Source of the DNA: the human T2T-CHM13v2.0 reference genome, Homo sapiens
Length of the DNA: 64,000 bases
Assembly: GCF_009914755.1 (NCBI RefSeq)
Contig: NC_060927.1
Reading direction: 5' to 3' (one strand)
Shown: positions 44,397-59,040 of the stretch, one piece after another
How positions within the stretch are numbered: position 1 is the first letter of the stretch
Layout: each line of letters starts with the position of its first letter
Position numbers and translations under genes: made by a program
Notes under the pieces: generated by a model
The model's input: only the letters and a program-made list of their open reading frames with translations
The model's database searches: none
What the model was told of the DNA's origin: nothing

Positions 44397-46769
44397 TTAT
44401 GTGAGACACTGGAAACAAGTTATATTTTCCTAATTCCATAAATGTCTGTCAGAAGAGAGACTTTTCTGCTGAGAGTTGGGGCAATGCTGTGGGTGGGCAC
44501 GGTGGTGCTAGGTGTATAGATAAAATGTCCACTAATGCAGGATAGTTTATGTGTAATGTGGAGGGGAATATAAGAGGATTGCTGTTTATGTGCTATGAAA
44601 TTTTATATTAAATCAATTGGTTTGAGACTGTCTTATAAACCTTACTTATGTCTTATTTTTTTGCAATGCTTTTGAAAGAAGGCAATGTACACGCATAAAA
44701 ACCGAGGGAGTAAAAATGAAAGATGAATTAGAATGTCACATTGGACCCAGGGCATCCTTATTCAACTCAACAGTAGTTGTTCAGAAGTGGGAGGTGGGTA
44801 TTAGACAAACGTGTTCGGCAACCAAGGCTTCAACTCACAGAATATCTAGACCATGGGAATCCTAAGTGAACTCTGCACCTTTGCTGGGCTAATCTATCTT
44901 CATGAGGGAAACAGATGGCTGCAAAATGCTGACACTCACATACTTTGTATCAAGGGCTTTCCATATCTAACCATACATTGGAAACCTCTCCATATTTAAA
45001 GCCAGAAAGGAGCAATAACTGTCCCATTTGTACATAGTCCTCAGTAACTGGGGTCATAGATGTCAGAAGCCTGGCTAAAATAATGAGTGATTAAAATAAA
45101 TATATGGAGGAAAAGTCACTCTATAATGCCTATGTGGAAAGACTCTGAGTCGGATAAAGACGGCCTTCACAAGTCTTACCACCATGAACTCCTTTAAGTG
45201 TCCTTGGTGGGACACAGACAGACCCTGTACTCTGCATTTATAGGAACAACGTCTGATTTCAACATCTGAAATAGTCAAATGTTTGATGAGAAAAAAGTTA
45301 AGCTGATTTTGAGAGGACATTCATTATCTAATTAATTGTTACATTAAGTAGCTTAATCTCAAAAATCTCCAGCTTATTTGTAAAACAACATTGGTTTACA
45401 TAACCTTTAAGTTTCTTTTCATTTACTTTAAAAATGTAAACAAATTGTTTATATTTTTATTGTCTTCTGTGTTTTGAATTGAGAAAAAAAAGTAAGTGCC
45501 TAGTTTATGCTCAGATTCTAAAAACCTGAGTAATCTTCATCTTTTTTATACCACTCATGAAAAAATAACATAGACTTTCAATTTTGGAGAAAAAGAAACA
45601 AAAAAAAAACTGGAGACATTTCTTTTTTGAAAAATAAGCATAATTAAAAACTGTTAGATTTGGAACTTTCTATTTCATAATTAACACATATTTAACAAAT
45701 ATTTATAAAGCCTATAAATCTACAAAAAAAGATAAATAGTGTGCTGTGTAATGTTTGGTTATATGTCTGTTTGGATTTTATAGCCTTACTAATATATACT
45801 ATAAAACATTAAAAAATTCAGAATACAAAGCTGTCTTCCAGAGAAAGCTTTGTTTAGATACACTAAAAAAAAAATCAAGTAACTTATAAATAATAATGTG
45901 CTTTACAAATAACTTCAATGTAATAGATGACAATTGTATATTTTAGCCAAATCCATTATTCTGCTTATACAATTCATCTTCTAATTTTTACCAGTGGAAA
46001 GAAACTTTGGAGACAGGTGAAAATGAATTTAGCAGACATATTCCTAAAAACTGGAGAGTTTTATTTTTTATTAAACCTTTTTTATCTAGAAGGAAAACAC
46101 TATGGTTCATAAATCTATCCAGGGTCTTCTTCCCCTGGCAGCCATTATAAAACATTAATTGGCTTCCTAGGTTTATTTTTGCACCTAAGGAGCCCTGGAC
46201 CCAAGGAAATGTCAGGCCATTCAGCAGGAGCAGGAGTGCTCTTCTATGAAGCCAAGCCTGCAGGCTAGTTGGTCAGCATCCTCCCACACTGCAGTGGCCT
46301 GCATCTGACCTCGTATACAAAGGTTTTATAGGGTTCATCTTAACTCCCAAGAGAAACTGTGGGCACAAATGATAATTTTCCCAAACTTCCTCATCCAAAT
46401 AAAAAAGATAACTTACTTTGGAATGTGGCTCTGTGCCATTCTTAAGCTGATCACAATTACGGAGAAAATAGCTTAAGTGGTAGAAGTCAGAAAAAAAGTG
46501 ATGTATGAAGAGAGGAGCAAAATAAGGGTTTTGATTATTTTCCTTCTAAGTTAGTGTCAATATCCCGAGGGCAGGTGCCCAACATAACAGCATTTTACCT
46601 TTTGATTCCTAAATTTTAGAAATGAATTGCTGATAACATTTATTATTGTAAATAACTGGTTTAACTGTCCTATATAAGTGAGAGTGTTATATTTGTGGAG
46701 GTCAATGTGCCTTTATCTGCATAAACTTCTACTCTTTATAGAAACAGGATTAAAACAATGAATACATAC

Positions 46770-46812
46770 CTTCCAGAAGTTCAATTTGCTGATGAATCAG
46801 TATCTGATCTAT
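46770..46812 (-). CDS. PLSCR1: PLSCR1 exon 5: IDQILIHQQIELLE(V)
   Basis: 43 nt, ttttttttcctgctatAG / AAG|GTATGT. Confidence 0.97.
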
Positions 46813-47074
46813 CTATAGCAGGAAAAAAAATAAGTGGTATGTATATGTCAAATGAAGGTTTTTATAAGCTAACCAAATTAAAATTCATGTATTTATATTT
46901 TTAAAGTACATGTAACCAATTATCAATATTTAACAGCTTATATTACTTTTTAGTGTAAAACTGAAGTTAATATTTTTAATTAATAAAATATTTATTGTGT
47001 TCATTATTAATGTGGAAAAATTTAGGTCAAATAAAATTGATTTATACTGGAGTACCTTTAAAAATTAGACAATT

Positions 47075-47395
<321 letters not shown>

Positions 47396-47396
47396 T

Positions 47397-48655
<1,259 letters not shown>

Positions 48656-49778
48656 TAGAAAACAATCTTCCTTCTAGAATAGGCTGAAGAAATATTGGTA
48701 ACTTTTTTAGCCATCAAAGAGATTTTTTTTTACAAGTTTCAGATTTGTATTAAGCATACTTAATATCAACCTTTGTCATATGTGATAACATCCTTTATGT
48801 ATTTTATGAGACTCTGATTTTTAAAATATCTATTTCTATGTATTTCTTGCATAATATAATAATGACCAAAAATTCCTATGATTATGCCACTTAAGCACAT
48901 TGTGGGAAATTAAGTTACTAAAGAGAGTGCAAGAAAGAAATGATTTATGAAATGAAAACTGGTTGAATATCACAAGAATATTTGTATGTGTATAGACTGG
49001 ACACACAGAGTTTCTTGTTTCTATTTGACCTACCTGATTTCTAACACCAATTAAATGTTAAACCTCTTATTGCTGAGATTAATTATAATTTAGTGCAACA
49101 AAATCCAGGACTTTTTACTCCTTTATTAATGGCATTTATAAAATTAGGTCTTCCAAAGAACAAAAGCAGCATCATAAAAATGCAGTTTTATTAGTTACAA
49201 TAAAAAGGTGAGTCATATTATACATAAAATATTAACCCCTTGTTTGGGGCCACTTATTGAAACTCAACAATAAACTTTATTTAAATTTTCTTCCAAATTA
49301 TAAGGCAATTATTCAGTATTGAGACTAAAGAGCACTTCGCTCAGTACCAAAGTTTCGGGATTAAAAAAACAGTCTTGACTCTTTAGGTTCTCACCCCAGA
49401 GTGAGCTATATAACCTCTCTGGACCTCAGTTTCTTCTTTTGAAAAATGTAGCACCTATACATCACAGACTTTCAATAAGGATTAAATGAGTTAATACATG
49501 TATCAGGCATACAACAAAGGCAGGAAACAGTGCTAATTAAATGTTTGCTATTGGCCATTATCATAGATTGTATTTAAGATAACAGAAAATACAATTTTCT
49601 AAGGCATTTGTATTTTGCTTTAAAATTGAACCAGACCTAGAAGAATTAGAGTAATCTGTTAGCAGAAAATACAGTTTTGCTATTTCAGACTTTGGTGAAT
49701 TATTCATTTGCTAATCTGGTTAAGCAAGCTGGAAGCACAGTTCTGTTTTTTATGAGTATTTTGTGTCTTTGAAATTAC

Positions 49779-49996
49779 CTGACTTAAATATTCTAATCCA
49801 GGTGGACAGTTTAATGGAGGCTGTGGCGCTGGCATCCATGGTACCCCTGCAGCTCCAACTGGCTGATTATATACTGGCTGATTATACACTGGCTGATTTG
49901 GGACAGGAAAGCCAGCTGGGCCAGGACCTGAATGGCCGGCTGGTGGGGGTGGGTAGCTGACCTGGGGCCCAGGGTAGCCACTATATCCTGGAGGTC
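49779..49996 (-). CDS. PLSCR1: PLSCR1 exon 4: (G)PPGYSGYPGPQVSYPPPPAG...NQPVYNQPVYNQPV...NCPPGLEYLSQ (Pro-rich domain)
   Basis: 218 nt, gtatttcAG / CAG|GTAATT; ORF track 49704-50051. Confidence 0.98.
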
Positions 49997-50439
49997 CTGA
50001 AATACAAACAAGTGAAATGATTTGTAACTGCACCAAAAATGGAATTGTCAACCTTTTTAGGGTTATGCCATCTATCTATAAGTTGACATTTCAGCGTAGA
50101 CATCTGTATCTGTGATGTTTAATACGCTTTTCTCTTTCTGAGATTTTTCAATGAAATATCTGTGGTTGCACATCCACTTCTATTTGGATGATAGTATGCG
50201 GTGAATAGCCTTACCCTTACCATTCAAAACTCAGAAGGAAAATATGCTTTAATATCTGAGAAAATGAAAATAAATAACCATGATCTAGAGTCACCTACAT
50301 AAAGATTCTGGCAAGCCTTCAAGGGAAACAAACACGTCATTGGTAGAAGGCCCAAAATAATGGCTTTGAGTCAGCATTTCTAGGGCCAAAGTATCTTGTG
50401 AAAAATGATAATTCTGAAATTCTAGCAAATGCCTTATAA

Positions 50440-50655
50440 TATATGTATAGAACTGGGGGTAGTTTTGCCCCCTCTCTGCCAGGGATATTTGACAAGATCT
50501 GCAGACTTTTTTTGGTCACAACTGGAGGGGAAGATAATACTGCATCTGGTGGGTAGAGGCCAGGGCTGCTGCTACACATCTTAAAAGAGCCAGAACAGCT
50601 CCCTAAAAATGAAGAATTGTCCAGCCCAAAATATTATAGTGCCACTGTTGAAGGT
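50440..50655. mobile_element. MER20-like hAT DNA transposon fossil
   Basis: ggggtagttttgcccc...ttttggtcacaactgg...gggtagaggccagggctgctgctacacatc...aagaattgtccagcccaaaat. Confidence 0.8.
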
Positions 50656-50674
50656 GAAAGCACGTCATTTCTTT

Positions 50675-50973
50675 CTTTCCATTTTTTTTTTTTTTGAGAC
50701 AGAGTCTTGCTCTGTCGCCCAGGCTGGAGTGCGGTGGCATCATCTCTGCTCACTGCAAGCTCCACCTCCTGGGTTCACACCATTCTCCTGCCTCAGCCTC
50801 CTAAGTAGCTGGAACTACAGGCGCCCACCACCACGCCCAGCTAATTTTTTGTATTTTTCAGTAGAGACGGGGTTTCAGTGTGTTAGCCAGGATGGTCTCG
50901 ATCTCCTGACCTCGTGATCTGCCCACCTCAGCTTCCCAAAGTGCTGGGATTACAGGCGTGAGCCACCGCGCCC
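50675..50973 (-). mobile_element. AluY-like element in PLSCR1 intron 3
   Basis: AluY diagnostics; 14-bp TSD CACGTCATTTCTTT (50661-50674 / 50986-50999). Confidence 0.95.
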
Positions 50974-53900
50974 ATTCGTTTAGTACACGTCATTTCTTTT
51001 AGTACATTCCAGATGCCTGCTTGGGTTAATCCTTTGCCTTATGTTTTAATCCATAATGTATTGCTTTCCTAAGTCCTTCTTCATTAAAATAAAATTCTAT
51101 TATAATATTTAGGTTAGAAATTTAAATTTCACAATTTAACATCCTTTGGTCTCTGGAAAATATAATTTGAGAAACAAGGATGGCAAAAAATTGTAAGAGG
51201 CAGAAATTTAATAACAGTAAATGTACTTCATATTCTCTGCGAATGTGTGATTACAATGAAGATTTATATACCTGTTTGTATGGTCCACAGTGTAGCAATT
51301 CCATAGCAGTGGAATACAATTTCAAAGGACTGTGTTTCTCAATATTTTAACATTAAAGCCTATGCAAAATGTAATACTTAGAATAGGAAATTTACAAATT
51401 CTTTTAAATGGATCATTTATGATAAAATTCATTTGCCCTTCAAAAATAAGGCTTAGAAAAACAGAATAAACCTCACAATAATGCATCATAAATATAGCTT
51501 TTATAATTTATTCCTTTATGATGAATGAATATTTACAAATGATCATAATGTGACTGGCTGTGTTGTAGAATATGAGGATACAATTCTCAAGGAGGCAGCC
51601 TGCTGTCAGAGAGCTTACAGTCAACTTCTGGGAGAAAGAAAACACATTTAAAACAAAAAAAATTCATATGGATGTGATGGAGAGAATGTATGCGAGCGAG
51701 GGCAGGGTATGAGGCAGTTACTTTGGGTAAATATAATTTATATCAAGGTCTAAAAGATGAGAAGAGAAAAGCTTTATATGAAGATTAGTGATAAATGCTT
51801 CAGGAGGAAAGAAAGGCAAATAGAATACCTCTGACTTTGTAATGAATTTGACAGGCGTAAAAGAGAGAGGAATGTCATAAGAAAGAAGACGACTAGGAAA
51901 GGCTGTTAGCAAAGCAACAGGAAGCTGTTCATCAAAGGAGGCCTTAGTAAGGAGTCTGGATTTGGTTCCAATTATGATTGGCAAGTACTGGAGGAATTTA
52001 AGCAGAAGAATGAGTTCCATGGTCTTATCTATATCTTACAAAATTTTCAGGAGTGGAAAAGCATTAGAATTTACAATGGAAAACACAGATGCAATCCCTG
52101 CCCATCATTGTTTAATGAGAGAGACAACTTTATATCCCCACTTATTCTAGGGAGCTATAATACCAGTGTAATTAATTGATTCATTAGAATTGGAGATAAA
52201 TGCTTTCAAGTAAGAGACCACGGTTTTATGACTAGAGATGCCAAAGGTCGCTATTGAGATGGGAAGAGAAAAAGGGAAGGAGCAGGAACAGCTGCCTTGA
52301 GGGGTCACCTTTATGCTGAGATCTGAAGGATGCACAGGAGTTCAGGAGGCCAGAGTCACAGAAAGAACATTTCAGAGCAACGTCCTGGGACAGTAACTAA
52401 CATAGGCCTTTAAAAATCTGAAAAATAGCCAGTCTAGCTGAATAACAGCAAGCCAGGCTCAAGAGGAAGTTAAAGAGAGAGCATGGAAAAGGCCATCCTG
52501 AGTTTAGTGTTAGCCTTTATCCTAAAAGTAATAGGCCACTAATAAAATAGGGGCTCTACACTCTCTGTAATATGAGCAGATTTACATTTTTAAAGATCAC
52601 TGGGGTCAGCACAGAAACCAGACCATAGGCAGACCAGTGGGGATATGGAGATGTGAGTTAATTTCTTACATTTTTAACATCATCATAATTTTCCCCAGAC
52701 TCTGAAAGTATGATGGATTACTCCTCAAATCAATGAATTAAGCATAAAGAATTACCTGAAATTTGAATACTAGTATCATTTATGTAAAGACTAATTGATT
52801 TAAAATATTTTAAATATGTTAGCAAATACTTGTCATTTATAATTTGCAAGCATTGTGCTCAGTGTTTTACATATACTCTCATTTACTCTACAAAGCAACC
52901 TACATTGAAAATATCACCCTTATTTATAGATAGGAACTCTGAGGCTTTGAGGTACTGCAACTTGTTTAAACTACCACATAACTATTAGTACAGAAGGCAG
53001 AACCTGGTTTACCAGCACATTTACCTATACGAATTTTTTTTTTAAAGTAGGCAGAACTTGAAGCCTGATACAAACTTCCTATGCCTCAGCTTTCCCACAT
53101 ACATAATGGGGATAACTGACAGTATTTACCTCATAAGAGTATTCTAAGAATTAAAAGTGTTAGTCCACATTAACTCCACATTTAAAACAATGACTAAAGC
53201 ATGGTAAGATCTCAATTTTAAATTATCCTTACTCTTAGCATCGTTATCTTAAGACTTGTGCTATATGTAATCTTGGACTTGAGAAACAAAATCAAGCTGT
53301 AGAGCCATATATATCTATATATATAAACAAACTCTCAAGTCTGATTATATCTGAACTGTATTATTTATGTATATCTACTTTTAATTAGTGATAGGGTGGA
53401 TTAAATCATTCTCTTAAGTGCCTTGGATGAATATTATAGACTTACTAATGATTTTTCAAACACCAACCCTATAAGAATTTAGAGCAGATGTTCTCAACCC
53501 TGGCTTCACCTTAGAATCACTTGGGGTGTTAAAAGATTACTATTCCTTGAGTCCCACCACTGGAAGCTATGATTTAATTTTTCTGGAATAGTGCCTTTGC
53601 ACTACTATTTTTAAGTGCTTCTGGGTGATGATACTTCAGTGCAGACAAGGTTGCCATGAGCCACCACTTGAGAGTCTGAGCTTATCTAGCTCATATTCTT
53701 TCAGTTGCAAACATCTGGATGAGATCCGGGACCCGCAGGGAGGTTTCTTGCTAGGCAATTAAACATGACATTCACCTCCTAAGCACATTTGTTTACTCAG
53801 AGAAGAAAACACAGTGGGTACATCCTTCTATCCAAACCACATTCCCTTTGGTCCTAAATCCTCAGGATGCTCTTTCAAGATGTGGGTAGCCTGTCTGCTT

Positions 53901-54541
53901 GTAAATCTGGACATGCCATGGACTTTGCTATTTTTAAATTTCTAGTAGTTTTGATAACTGCATTTGCCTAAATGAAAATCTCTGAATTCTTTCAGGCATT
54001 GGTTGAAAAGAAAAAATGTACTCAATTATGTATGTAGTCAAATGACTCAATTACTTTTCTTAGAAATACAGGGTGGAATCAGCATATATATAAAAATAAA
54101 GCTTTCATATACATTATAAAATTAAAATGAGAATTATTCCCAGGTAACTGAATTTCTATTACTTTCAGTTTTAAGCAGTCTTACTATTTTGATGTGACTC
54201 TCACTGAACACATGCCAAGCTACTACATGACTCAGTTTATCAGAAATAAATTTCCTAAATGTGATTAAATGATCATAATTTTCAGAACAGATGGAGGATC
54301 AATAAAATATTTTACTTAACATTTGTATTTTAGGATGTACAGTCTTGTATTTCATTTGCTAAATGTAAACCTAATGTTGTTTTTACTAGCTTTCTTTATA
54401 CCTTTACTGTCCTCTATAAATAAAAATTACTTCTGTGCAAAATGATAGCCAAATAAAAATAATCAAGAACAACTAGGCTGCCAAAATTTCATTAATATAA
54501 TTTTAAAAAAAGAACTACTAAAATAAAAACAAATGCACAAT

Positions 54542-54596
54542 TCTCTCTCTCTCTTACTCTCTCTCTCCCACTCTCACTCTCTCTCTCTGTCTCTCA
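54542..54596. repeat. Imperfect (TC)n microsatellite just downstream of the exon 3 donor
   Basis: Direct reading. Confidence 0.9.
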
Positions 54597-54634
54597 ATTA
54601 ATTTTACTTTTTCTTCTTTCAGCAACTGCTTTAC

Positions 54635-54715
54635 CTTGGAATGCTGTCGGTGGATACTGAGGAGGATACCCAACTGGCAAGTTTGTTTCCGGGTGAGAAG
54701 CATTCATCTGTGAGT
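54635..54715 (-). CDS. PLSCR1: PLSCR1 exon 3: (N)SQMNASHPETNLPVGYPPQYPPTAFQ(G)
   Basis: 81 nt, gaattgcAG / AAG|GTAAAG; phase 1-1. Confidence 0.97.
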
Positions 54716-55835
54716 CTGCAATTCAAGGAGAGGTAAATAGATGTCTGATTAAATAAAATATATATTAGAAAGAAACAATGTATTGTACTTAGATAATTGT
54801 AACTTGTGTGGTCTTATGCTGTATTGAAATAGGGAAAGTAAAATTTTCACTTAACGTAAGCTGTGCCTGTTCTCAGAGCTAATTTGCAACTAGCAAATTT
54901 GTTTCAAACAAATTTTCCTTTAGATAAAATGAGACAGTTAAGTTACTGGGGCTGAATTACCAGTTTTTGAAACATCCCTGATGAATGTTCAGTTCCATGT
55001 TTTGTTGATAATAAAACAAAGATAGCTTTAAAATTACATACAGACTACGAAGAAAGAGATAAATGAAATTAATGGGATGTGAAGATGGTAGAATTATGGA
55101 TGATTTTAAAGATATCTATCATCATTGCTATAAGTATTATTTTAAATATTTAAAATAATGAATATACTTCAGTATTTATATATGTTATGCTTACTCTGGA
55201 ACTACACCAATGAAGTTGAACCATATGAAATTCCCCAAATATGACTGTTTTTGACCCACAAAAGCCATGTTTAATTACAATACACTAGCATATTAAACTT
55301 TGTTATTTGCTAATAAGGCTTGAGTAAACTTAATATATGCACAAATGGTTCAACCTCCTAAATATTAATATTCATGTCTATCTAGTCATTCGGTTACCTA
55401 CCGCAGCCAGTCTCTAAATATTTACTGAGCATGTCCTGTGTCACCCTTGAATTAGGCTCTGTGGCTACAATGGCTCTGCTTTCATACAGCTTAAGGTGCA
55501 GTAGACACTACACTTATCTCCTTACTGTTTCCTTATGAATTACTAACTGTAAATTCAAAGTCTTTTGTTTTAGAATCATGGAGACATGGCATCAATATAG
55601 AAGAACATATAGGTCAAACTTTCACTGTAACACATTTTTCTGTATGTGTCTCTATTATGAACTTTCAAAGACCACTCAACTTGTGAATCGTGTGGTTTTA
55701 TCAGGAAGATTGGATTGTTTCCCCCACCCCCTGCCCCGGCCTTTCTCCTTCATAAATAGCTTCATGATGACTTCAGCGGAATCCAGTCCATGGTGATTGT
55801 GTAAAATCAGGCAAAAAAACCGCTCTCCTACTCCT

Positions 55836-56215
<380 letters not shown>

Positions 56216-57703
56216 CTAACTCCCTAGTTCTCTAGCTAATAAGGCCCTGCCTGCAGCCCCTACTCCCAAATTAAGTTGGAAACACAGCATCAGACTCAGA
56301 ATAGATTTCAAGAAAATATTTTGCAAGTCTGAAGTAAAGATCTACCCTTGACAGGTATGTCACATTGTGATACCTCTTAATAAGCAACATTGTTTGAATA
56401 CTATAACATAGAACACACACACACACACATATACAGGAACAGACAGACTCAAGAAATCATGAGCTCACAATCTCTGGGCTTTTGGTACCAAAGCAATGAT
56501 TCTGATTTCAGGCATTCCAGGGGGAATTCATACAAGGAGAATGAGTGAATGGGCAGGTGTTCAAGCAGAACAAAGAGCATGTTAATTATGGTTTGATTAC
56601 TGCGTTTTTGAAATGCAACTTAAAATGGCTTATAAGAAGTACAAGTCTATCACATTGTCTTAAAGGTACTTTTTTTTATGTCTACATGTATGTATATATA
56701 CATATTTACACATTTATTCACACACATATACACATTTTATTTCTATTTATGCAAATACATTCATACATACATACAATTATATATACAAAACTGAAGAGTT
56801 AAAAGTTGCCTATGACCATCACCAGATACATTTTTGTAAATTGAGTGGAATCAACTTAAAGTCTGTGGCAAATAAACCAGTATAATTCTATATAAATTTA
56901 CATTTAAAAAGCTTTGAGTTTTGTAAGTAAAAAGAAAATCATAAAACTTCACATGGGAAAAGCAAGGAGTCTAGTCCTGGAGATTATTTCATATATCTAA
57001 TAAGGGTGACACTGTAGTGACAGATAAATATTTTTTTGTTACCTCAACGAAGATGAAAGAGAGAATAAAGAAAAGCGTTTCAGAAAAACAGGATTTAATT
57101 TTTGAATTTAATTTTCCCTATGTAGTGGGAATTTTGAACATAATTTTCCCTCTGTTCTTCAGAACCTTGATATCTTAATAAGACAGTCTTTTATTACTTG
57201 CTTGATAAATATCCATCTTACTTAGAATTTTCTTGAGAGAAAAAAAGCCAGAACATAATGACTGGTATTTACTTAAAATACAAACATGTGTCTGTGATGA
57301 AATATACATTGAGGTGTGTATCTGAGGAGTTTATTACAATGAACTCAAATCTTATTATCTGTTAATTAGTATGACTTGAATAATCTTTATACATATAAAA
57401 TACACAAAGAGAATATTGTTGTGGTTTAAATATATGTTACAGAACATATTTCCCAATAAATCTAGCATTTCTTAGCTTTCCAAAAGGCTTTCTTATTTTT
57501 AATGAAGAACCTAGTGATAGTGCTATTTTTGTACATCTTCTCTATAGTCAAAATACTGAACTAGACATTGTATTCTGGAGCATAAACAACAGAAAACAAA
57601 TTATACACTTTCAGACACTGAATAAAACATTATGACAAATAACAAGTTACCAACAGATTAACATTATAAGGAGGAAAGTAAACATTTAAAATAAATTACT
57701 TAC

Positions 57704-57716
57704 TTTGTTTGTCCAT
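57704..57716 (-). CDS. PLSCR1: PLSCR1 exon 2 coding part: ATG GAC AAA CAA A (MDKQ); whole exon 57704-57729, 26 nt
   Basis: ttctttttcAG|aactgttttaatcATGG (A at -3, G at +4), donor GTAAGT. Joining exons 2-9 gives 957 nt = 318 aa + stop. Confidence 0.96.
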
Positions 57717-58754
57717 GATTAAAACAGTTCTGAAAAAGAAGATCTGACATTAACACACTGTCTACAAGGCCACAAGTCAAATATAACAGTTGAATCGGGA
57801 TACTCTAAAACTACACAGTCACATTCATAGGATATTCCTCTTTATTCATCCAGCCCAGCCTTATCTGGTCATTTAAGCCCTTTGTGCTTGACTGCATTCC
57901 CCTTGCTGTGTTTCTGAGTAGGAATTTAGAAATTGTTGGTCAGCTCATGATGGTGAACACATTCTAAAGCCTTTTGGGAAGAGGGTCCAGTGAGGCAGAA
58001 AGCCATAAAGACACACTATGAGCTAAGACTCCAAGTAGTAACCAAGCTAATAACATCAACCTTCACAACTTGAACAATCTAAAGGAAATGCTTGGTTCAG
58101 TTCCCAGTCTTTGGACTGGAAATGCTTGGCCCAGTCTCTGGGCCCCAGGAATGTTCCAGCAGGAAAGCAAAAAATGTTAATTATCAGGTCACACTACTGC
58201 AATTATCTTGGGAAATGTAGGTCTTGTGGACCTGTTCTTTGCAAATTTGAGAAGGCCTGAGACGACTCCGTGCATTCAGAGATTTTTTTTTTTTTTAACC
58301 AGAAAACCCACTCTCAGGAGTTGTCACAGCCATAGCACCTTGACCACCCAAGTGAAACTTTGTACTCGGTATTTATACAGAAACATAAATTGCAGCAAAC
58401 ATTCTACTCAATATTTCTGCCTTCCAGTGCCTTGATCCGATCCTAGTTTTTCCCACTACTATCCTGTCACTACTTTTTCCATCTCCTGTAGATCCCGATG
58501 CCCTTCATCCCTTTTAGCGACAATGCATTAGGCAAAACTCTGCTACCCAACATTTTTATCTTGGACCCACGCACACTAACACAAACTGCCCATCCCCTTC
58601 CCAGGCCCACTCCAGTGCTGGCTACCCTTTAAATTATCTTACTGTGCAATCCTAAGTGGTTAATAAGTCAAGTGATCCCTCTACATGCTCAACTAAAATC
58701 AAGACTTCCCAAGAAGAAACCGCCTTCCTCCTTGCTGTTTCAGAATTATTTTTT

Positions 58755-59040
58755 GGCCAGGGATGGTGGCTTATGCCTATAATGCCAGTATTTTGGGAAG
58801 CTGAGGCAGGAGGATCACTTGAGTCCAGAAGTTTGAGACCAGCCTGGGCAACATGGACAGACACTGTCTCTACTAAAAAAAAATTAGCCAAGCATGGTGG
58901 CATGCGCTTGTAGTCCCAACTACTCGGGAGGTTGAGGTGGGAGGATTGCTTGAGCCTGGAATATTGACGCTCTAATGAAGTATGATGTCATCACTGCATT
59001 CCAGCCTGGGTGACAGAGCAAGACTGTGTTTCAAAATAAA
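58755..59040 (+). mobile_element. AluJ-like element
   Basis: ggaggatcacttgagtccagaagtttgagaccagcctgggcaac...gggaggattgcttgagcc (J diagnostics). Confidence 0.9.

Noticed and set aside
49763-49960. 65-aa + strand ORF antisense to exon 4
   Set aside because: Non-ATG start; a mirror of GC-rich, repetitive coding sequence.
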